Assembly (NCBI GenBank): GCA_964590575.1
Contig: CAZPWM010000043.1
Location: forward strand, 1 to 23,878
From: an uncultured archaeon
Lineage (GTDB): Archaea > Asgardarchaeota > Thorarchaeia > Thorarchaeales > Thorarchaeaceae
Direction: 5' to 3'
Length of the DNA stretch: 23,878 bases
Of the stretch, positions 1 to 7,020 are shown piece by piece (positions within the stretch are counted from its first letter, which is position 1; each line of letters begins with the position of its first letter). Under the pieces are notes generated by a model. The model was not told the DNA's origin. It ran no database searches and was given only the letters and a program-made list of their open reading frames with translations. The position numbers and the translations under genes are program-made.

Positions 1-135
1 CACGGAATAGTACTTACACTCTATTTTTGTAAGCTTAAGGGGTTTGAAGCAATATCTTATGAACGGTGGAGTCAGCTTGAATTTTTGGCTTGGGGCCTTG
101 TCAGAGATGGTCGAGTTCTTGTAGACCTTGTATAG
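1..135 (+). CDS. C-terminal part of a probable histidine phosphatase (phosphoglycerate mutase-like) protein, 5'-truncated by the window
   Basis: Frame 1 is open from base 1 to TAG at 133-135 (my translation, not in the ORF track): HGIVLTLYFCKLKGFEAISYERWSQLEFLAWGLVRDGRVLVDLV*. The HG + helix + W..L.F pattern resembles the C-terminal half of histidine phosphatases. Confidence 0.55.
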   Translation, partial: HGIVLTLYFCKLKGFEAISYERWSQLEFLAWGLVRDGRVLVDLV

Positions 136-184
136 CCACCCAATCTTTTTGTATATCGTTGGATACGAAGCAGAGTGAATTGAC

Positions 185-697
185 ATGACGAAGGTTACCA
201 AGAAGATGATTACATCGTTTTCCAAATTCAAGTCTGAATGGGAAAGAGATTCAGGAAAACCAGAAAATACTATCATGTACTACTTAATTGCAGTACTCAA
301 TATTGAGAAGGATCCAGATCTTGCTGATGCAATGATGACCATTGTTGTTTCGAAGAAGGACACACTTGAAGACAGTGGGTCTCAATCCGGACTGAAGCTA
401 GGTAGGAGTGCAAAGTACTTCATTGGTCAATTCAAGAAGAACAAGAACATTGCACGTTCGTATGTTGGTGGGACTCCTGAGAATGGCTACCGGATCGACA
501 AGGATAAACTTACCATGACCGTTACAAAGAAACAGGAACATGGCAAGGGTCTGAAAATATTCATTGATAGCGGTGGCAAAGATATGGACACTCCGTTACA
601 ACTTCAAGCTAATAATGACGGGCAGTGGAAATTAATTGAGTACAGCTCTGTCTGTACTGGAGTGCGCAAGTCACCTGAGGAAGAAGGCGACTTCTGA
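185..697 (+). CDS. Conserved hypothetical protein, DUF6935-like
   Basis: 170 aa with motifs ARSYVGGTPENGY and IFIDSGGKD..PLQL...GQWKLIEYSS, which I recall as the DUF6935 pattern. TATA-like TTTTTGTATAT ~30 nt upstream; T-tract at ~729-734 downstream. Confidence 0.6.
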   Translation: MTKVTKKMITSFSKFKSEWERDSGKPENTIMYYLIAVLNIEKDPDLADAMMTIVVSKKDTLEDSGSQSGLKLGRSAKYFIGQFKKNKNIARSYVGGTPENGYRIDKDKLTMTVTKKQEHGKGLKIFIDSGGKDMDTPLQLQANNDGQWKLIEYSSVCTGVRKSPEEEGDF

Positions 698-740
698 TTC
701 TGCATGGGTCTTCAAGACCTATACCTCCTTTTTTCGACGA

Positions 741-1226
741 TTACTCCTGAAGAGAGGATAGAATCTGGGTCATATCTGGACATTTTTGAACGTTCTCGGA
801 TAGAACGTCGATATACCGAATAATTCCTTTCTTATCAATGACAAAGAGTCCACGTTTGCCATAACCCTCCTTCGGTGTAAAACAATCATACTTTAGTGTA
901 ACATCTCCAAGTGGTTCACGGTCAGACAATATCGGAAATCCGAGACCATGAAGATTCTTCGACCATGCATTATTTTTCCTGATTGAATCCATATTTACTC
1001 CTAAGACCTTCGTATCAAACTCACTGTACTTGGTGAGGTTGTCCTTGTAGAGTAGAAGATAATTCTTACACGAATCGCTGAGGTTTCCCGGATTCAATGC
1101 TAGAAGAACATTGCATTTTCCTCTATAGTCTGAGAGTCTTATCCTATTTCCGTCTTGATCAGGCAGCTCGAAATCAGGAGCTTCTTCTCCAACGTTAAGA
1201 CATACGTTTTTTTCACGTAATAGCAT
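741..1226 (-). CDS. Peroxiredoxin family protein (AhpC/TSA, AhpE/BCP-like)
   Basis: VGEEAPDFELPDQDG..RLSDYRGK; PxxxSxxC active-site motif (PGNLSDSC); FPILSD; catalytic Arg in KRGLFVIDKKGIIRY. ATG at 1226 preferred because GGTGA precedes it (ORF track start is 1238). Confidence 0.88.
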   Translation of the reverse strand: MLLREKNVCLNVGEEAPDFELPDQDGNRIRLSDYRGKCNVLLALNPGNLSDSCKNYLLLYKDNLTKYSEFDTKVLGVNMDSIRKNNAWSKNLHGLGFPILSDREPLGDVTLKYDCFTPKEGYGKRGLFVIDKKGIIRYIDVLSENVQKCPDMTQILSSLQE

Positions 1227-1247
1227 GGCAATCACCAATTTATCATA

Positions 1248-1332
1248 TTAACTATAGTTAAATATCTTTTGTAATAGGTTCTATTCCACTTTATAAGTAA
1301 CCATAATACTTAAATATTGTAATAGTATTACA
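1248..1332. promoter_or_regulatory. AT-rich divergent promoter region with two palindromes (candidate operators)
   Basis: Perfect palindrome TTAACTATAGTTAA at 1248-1261; inverted repeat TGTAATA-G-TATTACA at 1318-1332 with an extra half-site TGTAATAG at 1270-1277; TATA-like TTTATAAG (1290-1297) and CTTAAATA (1309-1316). Confidence 0.5.
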
Positions 1333-1342
1333 CAATACATAA

Positions 1343-1378
1343 CAACTGTAAGAGACTGCGTGGGTCTGACGACAGTTG
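1343..1378 (+). other. Predicted 5'-UTR stem-loop of the peptide transcript
   Basis: CAACTGT (1343-1349) pairs with ACAGTTG (1372-1378); inner stem AGACT/GGTCT. The 3' arm abuts GGAGGAG at 1378-1384. Confidence 0.5.
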
Positions 1379-1395
1379 GAGGAGCTGCAGGAAAA

Positions 1396-1503
1396 ATGGC
1401 TGATGAAGAAACGAGTAACAAAACCTTCGCAAAGCGAGGGACTGGAAATCCGGGACTCAGAACGCTTGATTCCCTGTACTACGACTATGCTCGCATTAAG
1501 TGA
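1396..1503 (+). CDS. Small peptide P1, 35 aa: MADEETSNKTFAKRGTGNPGLRTLDSLYYDYARIK
   Basis: ATG at 1396 to TGA at 1503, preceded by GGAGGAG. Too short for the ORF track. Confidence 0.6.
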   Translation: MADEETSNKTFAKRGTGNPGLRTLDSLYYDYARIK

Positions 1504-1524
1504 GTCTAAATGGAGGTGAAGTGT

Positions 1525-1620
1525 ATGGCACTTGCGAAAACCGATAAGAGGAAGCTGAATCACGGGAAGAAGATTCAGACCACAGAAGCTTTGGCTTATG
1601 CTTATCTCTACAGAAGGTAG
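1525..1620 (+). CDS. Small peptide P2, 31 aa: MALAKTDKRKLNHGKKIQTTEALAYAYLYRR
   Basis: ATG at 1525 to TAG at 1620, preceded by a near-perfect archaeal SD, GGAGGTGA (1512-1519), with 5-nt spacing. Confidence 0.7.
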   Translation: MALAKTDKRKLNHGKKIQTTEALAYAYLYRR

Positions 1621-1654
1621 GGGTCGTAGCATCAGCCATGCGGATTAATCTAAC

Positions 1655-1700
1655 ATGAGATCGTGCTCGGGTCTTACTCGGGCACACTCATTCTCATTTT
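1655..1700 (+). terminator. 3' stem-loop followed by a pyrimidine/T-rich tract, closing the peptide unit
   Basis: GTGCTCGGGT-CTT-ACTCGGGCAC (1663-1685; 10 bp with two G.U pairs), extendable by ATGAG/CTCAT, followed by TCTCATTTTC. Confidence 0.5.
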
Positions 1701-1754
1701 CTACATACTCGCTTTTCTCGGTGGTTTTATACTCCCGATGGTGTACTAAAGCTC

Positions 1755-2087
1755 ATGGGGGCTCAAGTCAACACACAGCTTTCGAATTACATGGTCTATG
1801 ATATTCGAGGTTTCACTGAAATAGATGCAGTCTATGAATTAGCTATCAAGATTACTGATGAGGTAATGGAGGGAATTGCTAGGCTTGCCTATAGGAACAC
1901 CATCGAAACTGCAACTCTCTTTATCACAGAATCTGGTGCTCAACTCATCATTCTTGCACATTCATTCGATGAAGAACTCATTGCTCCAGCTTTCCGAAGC
2001 ACGCTCAAGAGTGTTTCATATGATTCAGAAACAGGATACATCCAACGTTATGTCATTCCAATCCTAGATGTTGAATCTCCGACTTAA
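1755..2087 (+). CDS. Hypothetical protein (110 aa)
   Basis: Globular-looking composition. TTTTATA box at ~1725-1731 suggests a leaderless start. No family recognised. Confidence 0.65.
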   Translation: MGAQVNTQLSNYMVYDIRGFTEIDAVYELAIKITDEVMEGIARLAYRNTIETATLFITESGAQLIILAHSFDEELIAPAFRSTLKSVSYDSETGYIQRYVIPILDVESPT

Positions 2088-2164
2088 TCTGGGCATAATG
2101 TACTATGGCTGTAAAGAAGGGTTCATATAATACTCTTCACTTGTGAGCGCAGGTGTCTGGAACT

Positions 2165-3295
2165 ATGAAACTAGAACGTTTTGAGCTTGAACGCAGCCAG
2201 TCCGAGTGGGAACATCGTGTCAAGTATAATCTCAGTGAGAGCGGTGTGGAACCAATGCATATCAGGGACCTGCTTGACACACCAGAGTTAAGAAACCAAC
2301 TTCTCGACCTACAACTTGGATACTCTCAGACAAACGGAACAGTTGCCCTTCGTGAAGCCATATCCTCCCACTATCCCGGGACTACTGCTAAGAATATCCT
2401 TGCTACCACTGGCGGAGCTGAAGCAAACTTCCTCGTGACCTGGTGGCTACGCAGGGAGAACCCGGACCGTGATGAGCTTGTCTATCTTATTCCAAACTAC
2501 ATGCAGATTGGCGGCATCTGGAAGAATCTTGGTGGAAAAATCATTCCTTTCAAGCTCCAGATGCATGATGGTAAATGGGTGCTTGACCTTGAAGGTCTGA
2601 AGAAATCAGTTTCAAAGAGGACCGCTGCAATTGCAATCTGCACACCCAATAATCCCACAGGAAAAATCCTATCAAAAGAAGACCTCACGACAATCGTTGA
2701 TATAGCAAAAGAGCACGATGCGTGGGTGGTCTCAGATGAGATCTACCGCGGGGCAGAGCTTCAGGAAGGTAAAGCTCCTTCAATGCATGGCCTCTCTGAC
2801 AGGATTCTCATCACTTCAAGTCTTTCAAAGGCGTACGGTCTCCCTGGCCTGAGACTGGGTTGGGTCGTCTGTCCAACACCTCAAGTGGCTGTTGAGCTCT
2901 GGACCTATTCTGATTATACAACTATCTGTCCTGCGAAGACAAGCGACTGGCTTGCGACGCTTGCGTTGTCACCTGAGGTTCAGGCTAAGATCGAGAAACG
3001 AACTCGAAAGGTTGTTAGCGAGAATTGGACTATCATGGAGAGGTGGATTGCTTCCCACTCTGACATGATGTCGGTAATAGCCCCTGAAGCTGCTGCTATC
3101 TGCTTCATCAAACTAAGAGATGACATTGACTCACTAGATTTCACTACACGGCTCAGAAAGGAAAAGAGTGTCCTCCTCTCCCCCGGTGATTACTTCCAGA
3201 TGCCCGGATTCATCCGTATCGGGTTCGGTAGTGAGAAGGAGTACCTTGAGTCTGCTTTGGAGACGATCGGTGAGCTTTTGGCTACCTACAAGTAG
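2165..3295 (+). CDS. PLP-dependent aminotransferase class I/II (aspartate aminotransferase-like)
   Basis: Motifs YNLSESG, TTGGAEAN, PNNPTG, SDEIY, SLSKAYGLPGLRLGW (PLP lysine) and RIGFG. ATG at 2165 follows AGGTG; alternative GTG at 2153. Confidence 0.93.
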   Translation: MKLERFELERSQSEWEHRVKYNLSESGVEPMHIRDLLDTPELRNQLLDLQLGYSQTNGTVALREAISSHYPGTTAKNILATTGGAEANFLVTWWLRRENPDRDELVYLIPNYMQIGGIWKNLGGKIIPFKLQMHDGKWVLDLEGLKKSVSKRTAAIAICTPNNPTGKILSKEDLTTIVDIAKEHDAWVVSDEIYRGAELQEGKAPSMHGLSDRILITSSLSKAYGLPGLRLGWVVCPTPQVAVELWTYSDYTTICPAKTSDWLATLALSPEVQAKIEKRTRKVVSENWTIMERWIASHSDMMSVIAPEAAAICFIKLRDDIDSLDFTTRLRKEKSVLLSPGDYFQMPGFIRIGFGSEKEYLESALETIGELLATYK

Positions 3296-3511
3296 ACCAT
3301 TGGATTTCTCGTCTAAAAATCACACTTTCATTGCACTTTTGACCATAGATGGTTCTTAATAAAAGTTATAATAGTTATTTTAGAGAAAATAATATCTATT
3401 CGTGCTTATGATGCCACAGATGAAGTTATCAGCCCTTATTTTGATGTATACTGGCTTTTGTATCTTTAGATATTTCGAACACACATTTTGAATGCATTTG
3501 TTTCTACTATA

Positions 3512-3547
3512 TTCTTGCAGTCGAAAAAAGATTGCAGGATGCAAGAA
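3512..3547 (+). other. Predicted 5'-UTR stem-loop with an alternative 3' arm, upstream of peptide P3
   Basis: TCTTGCAGTC-GAAAAAA-GATTGCAGGA (3513-3539). TTCTTGCA (3512-3519) can alternatively pair perfectly with TGCAAGAA (3540-3547). Confidence 0.5.
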
Positions 3548-3550
3548 AGA

Positions 3551-3670
3551 ATGGCGACAGAGGTGAAACAGCCGGAAACGAAGCCAATGAGTGATGAGCT
3601 CACGGAGAAAGAGGAACGAGAGCTCGCTCTGTTGGTGGAGTTGGCGAAGATCTACTATGATGGTCCGTGA
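3551..3670 (+). CDS. Small peptide P3, 39 aa: MATEVKQPETKPMSDELTEKEERELALLVELAKIYYDGP
   Basis: C-terminal part of track ORF 3488..3670; alternative ATGs at 3539 and 3587. Purine-rich coding-like composition. Its stop overlaps the GTG of the TPR ORF (GTGA). Confidence 0.6.
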   Translation: MATEVKQPETKPMSDELTEKEERELALLVELAKIYYDGP

Positions 3671-4206
3671 AAGGAGATCATAGGAAAAATCGGACGTGTC
3701 AAAAATTGTCAGGGACAGAGATAGAAGATGAGAATATACTAGGACATCTCCAAGAAGCGATTCAGAGAGTGGAGAACTCTGAAGGGTTGAAGTCCGCGAT
3801 AGGGGTCGAGTACGCGTGCCTGCTATCAATGATGCTTGAGCCCAAAAACCCAACGATGTGGAACGCATTAGCCTTGGTCTACATGATGTCCGATCGGGCA
3901 AAAGAAGCCGAAGAAGCAATTGAGAGGTCTCTGGATATCGATACTTCCAATGCTTGGACATGGACAATCTGGAGCGACCTCCTTAGACAGGAGGGTAGAT
4001 TAGTTGATGCAGAGCGGGCATATCGAATGGCCGCGGAACTGAACCCGAACGATGCATATGTCTTGCGGCATCTCGCGATGCTCTACTCAGCACGTGGGGC
4101 TTATCCGGAAGCTGTGGACCTATTCGAGACACTCATCCCGTTCATACCTAATGATCAAGAACTCTGGGATGCATATGCTGCATGTCTTCGAAGATTAGCG
4201 GACTAG
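3667..4206 (+). CDS. Tetratricopeptide repeat (TPR) protein
   Basis: About 3.5 TPR repeats: EPKNPTMWNALALVY...AEEAIERSLDIDTSNAWTW...AERAYRMAAELNPNDAYVLRHLAMLY...AVDLFE. Start may instead be TTG at 3706. Confidence 0.85.
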   Translation: MKGDHRKNRTCQKLSGTEIEDENILGHLQEAIQRVENSEGLKSAIGVEYACLLSMMLEPKNPTMWNALALVYMMSDRAKEAEEAIERSLDIDTSNAWTWTIWSDLLRQEGRLVDAERAYRMAAELNPNDAYVLRHLAMLYSARGAYPEAVDLFETLIPFIPNDQELWDAYAACLRRLAD

Positions 4207-7020
4207 CTACTCTACGTTTCTGAAGTCATCGGCTAAGTTGCTACTTAGACCTTTCTTGGTAGCAAAGTACGTTGTGACGAAGGCCGACATAAAGCTAAGC
4301 AAGATGATACCTGTGAGCAGGGGCATAGGAAAGACAAGGAATGTAGGGAGTCGAGACCAGACGATCTCAGTGGTAACGCCGAGAAATGCGAGTGGTAGCT
4401 GAAGCATGAGTAGTGACAAGAACAAGCCCACGATGGATCCTATGAATATCCCTAGGAGCATACTCACTCCCACATCAACTAGGACCGATTGCATGATTGA
4501 TGAGTTGGGTGTGCCCATTGCCCTCAGGATAGAGAACTGCTTCTGGAAACGTCGTGTCTTTACCACTGAGATGATCATCAGTCCAGCTGTAAGATAAATC
4601 AGGGAGAACAACAGGTTAAGAGTATAAACACCGTAGATAGATTGCCCAGTTCGTGAGTCTAACACCTCGTCAATGTTCGCCTGTGACGAGATTATCTCCT
4701 CAGTCGTGATATTGGTCCTGCTTGTGATATCCTCTATCACTTTGGTGTAATTCGCATCATCTGCAAGATCTACATAGATCTTGTTTACAGATGATGTGTT
4801 GAGTGTGTTCTGGATGTAGCTAATGTTCATTATGAGGAAATCACGAACTCCCGGTTCGCCAGGGAAGTAGCTTATTGTTCTAGCAGTATAGTCTGAAGAC
4901 ATGACATCCACGATAGAACAATCAAGAGTGTAATTTAGAGTGGAATTCATCTGAATGGTCACAAGCACAGAATCATGGTAGACTGGTTGCCCTAAGGAAT
5001 AATATTGCACAGGCATAAATGAGCTGATGATGTTTGTTTTATTCTCAGCGAGAAGTGGGATTGTTTTGTATGGATTCTCACTCATTGTAAAATAGGGGAG
5101 CAGAAACGCAGTCTGAACCCAGCTTATCGGATCGATTGCGAAGATAGTGAGTGATGTGTTCACACGAACTAGCTCCTGTTGTTTGGTTGCATGTAGGTAC
5201 ATTACACGAGCATAGGTTTTCAACAGAGCACTGGCATTGTTCACACCTTCAATATCTCTGATTACCCCGACGATGTCATTGGATACATTTCTCAAATCTT
5301 CATCCACATTGATGACAATATCCGCCCCCACATCAAAATTGAACAACTCCTCCATGTGCGTTGAGCCTGTGGTAGATGACACGGTTGAGAAAAAGCTTGC
5401 AGTGAAGACTAGTCCTATGAACATCACACCCAATGCTTCACTCCTCTTTGCCAAGATAGCATTCCTGGATACCATTAAGGCTCCTACAGTTCGCGATGCA
5501 CTTCGGAACAGGTTGAGCAATCTAGACTTAACAAAAGCGGTCGGTATTGAGAGTATTCTCGATACCGATAGGATGAACACGCCAAACATGGTTATGACCA
5601 AGACTGCAAAGAGAACCAATCCAGTGGGAGAAACTGCTCCAGAACTGAGTATTGATAATAGCGGTGTTAAGAGAAGACCGGATACTATAACCGCTAATAC
5701 ATCCGCTACAGGAGTGCTAATCATTTCCTTTCCTGCAAGGGATTGTCTCTCAACAACTGAGTGCGCCTCATCAGGTGTCATGAGGAGTGCATTGACTGCT
5801 GATGGTAGTGATATGGCAAAACCCACAATAAATGAAAACACGAATATAATTGCGATTGATGTCGGCTCTAGAAGTAGATTGAAGGTGGATAATTCCTCTT
5901 CACTAAAGACTAGGAGTTGTCTGACTCCTCCAGAGAGAATCGCTGCGAGTGCTCCAGTTAGAACCGCTCCTAAGCTTCCTATTGTTCCGGTCACAAGAGC
6001 GCTAGATATGACCCAGTTGAATGACTGCCATCCTGAGGCCCCTCTTGTGATTAAAGTTCCTACATCTTGTCTACGTTGGTCCTCCATCAGTTTCGAGTTA
6101 TAGGCTAGTAGCATCACACCCATCACAATGCTGGGGATTGAGAATGCCAGAGAAATTATGGTCATTGTTGAAGCCCAGGTGTTGTATCCATAGACAATTC
6201 CAAGGATTTCGAATTCAGTCACTCTTGCGTACGGGAGAGTACGCTGTTCTATTCTCTTCTTCACATCATAAAGCGATGATTCAACAAGACTCGGACTACC
6301 ATGAATGATGAAACTAGAATCAAACACTGTCCAGATACTATAAGCTGCTTCATGTACTGATTGCAGTCCCACATTTCCTAATTCTGATACAAGACTATTG
6401 CGAGTGGTAATCATCCGAAGTGAAGTGATTGGGTTTCCATCGGCATCTCGACTACTGCTGAATATGTTGCTTGCAAAAATCCCTCCTACAGTGTAACTTG
6501 CGTTGTATTTCTGGTCGTTGTTATTTGTGTTTGTGGCCAGTATCTCTGCAACGTAGGTGTTGCCAATCTTGAATCCCAAATATTCCGCCCAATCGCGTTC
6601 CAAGTAACACATGGTATCATTCAAGTCGAGCGACCCTGTCTGAACTTGAATAGCATCTGGGAACGTCTGAAAGAATGAACTATCTACACCAAGGTAGGTG
6701 TACTTTTTGAATCTGTTCTCTGGAAATTCACTGTCAAATCCATTAATGAAGGCAACTACCTCTGTATTCACAACCAGATCTTGTTCCTCTACAATCACTG
6801 CGATGTTCTCGATAGTTGTTGCATTTGTATCATAGAATTCAGATGTACACTGAACCTCCATATCGACAAGGATGTCTTGAGTCATTTCTTCAAGCACATT
6901 CGCACTTGTACTGTCCATGTAGAACAATACTCCACCCAAAACTCCTGCAGATAATGAAAACATGAGCAGAGTCGCTAGGACTTGAGGACTCCGTGACACA
7001 AGTCTCGAAAGTAGAAACAT
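4207..7020 (-). CDS. ABC transporter permease, FtsX/MacB-like (duplicated architecture)
   Basis: 937 aa with two extracytoplasmic domains and TM bundles; motifs RRQDVGTLITRGAS, VGADI and KQFSILRAMG. Confidence 0.88.
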   Translation of the reverse strand: MFLLSRLVSRSPQVLATLLMFSLSAGVLGGVLFYMDSTSANVLEEMTQDILVDMEVQCTSEFYDTNATTIENIAVIVEEQDLVVNTEVVAFINGFDSEFPENRFKKYTYLGVDSSFFQTFPDAIQVQTGSLDLNDTMCYLERDWAEYLGFKIGNTYVAEILATNTNNNDQKYNASYTVGGIFASNIFSSSRDADGNPITSLRMITTRNSLVSELGNVGLQSVHEAAYSIWTVFDSSFIIHGSPSLVESSLYDVKKRIEQRTLPYARVTEFEILGIVYGYNTWASTMTIISLAFSIPSIVMGVMLLAYNSKLMEDQRRQDVGTLITRGASGWQSFNWVISSALVTGTIGSLGAVLTGALAAILSGGVRQLLVFSEEELSTFNLLLEPTSIAIIFVFSFIVGFAISLPSAVNALLMTPDEAHSVVERQSLAGKEMISTPVADVLAVIVSGLLLTPLLSILSSGAVSPTGLVLFAVLVITMFGVFILSVSRILSIPTAFVKSRLLNLFRSASRTVGALMVSRNAILAKRSEALGVMFIGLVFTASFFSTVSSTTGSTHMEELFNFDVGADIVINVDEDLRNVSNDIVGVIRDIEGVNNASALLKTYARVMYLHATKQQELVRVNTSLTIFAIDPISWVQTAFLLPYFTMSENPYKTIPLLAENKTNIISSFMPVQYYSLGQPVYHDSVLVTIQMNSTLNYTLDCSIVDVMSSDYTARTISYFPGEPGVRDFLIMNISYIQNTLNTSSVNKIYVDLADDANYTKVIEDITSRTNITTEEIISSQANIDEVLDSRTGQSIYGVYTLNLLFSLIYLTAGLMIISVVKTRRFQKQFSILRAMGTPNSSIMQSVLVDVGVSMLLGIFIGSIVGLFLSLLMLQLPLAFLGVTTEIVWSRLPTFLVFPMPLLTGIILLSFMSAFVTTYFATKKGLSSNLADDFRNVE

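Noticed and set aside
1477-1488. YYDY in peptide P1 matching the UvrB beta-hairpin (SYYDYY) as molecular mimicry
   Set aside because: Only a four-residue match, 16 kb apart, with different predicted context; probably chance.
1291-1687. Track ORFs 1291..1632 (-) and 1496..1687 (-)
   Set aside because: Ser/Cys/Leu-rich shadow composition; antisense to two SD-led peptide ORFs that explain the region better.
741-3670. Selenocysteine read-through in the peroxiredoxin or at the TGA stops of P1 and P3
   Set aside because: The peroxidatic residue is an ordinary Cys codon. The P1 TGA is followed two codons later by TAA, P3 read-through gives no redox motif, and no convincing SECIS was seen.
3380-3967. 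195-aa minus-strand ORF
   Set aside because: Antisense shadow of P3 and the TPR gene; no motifs.
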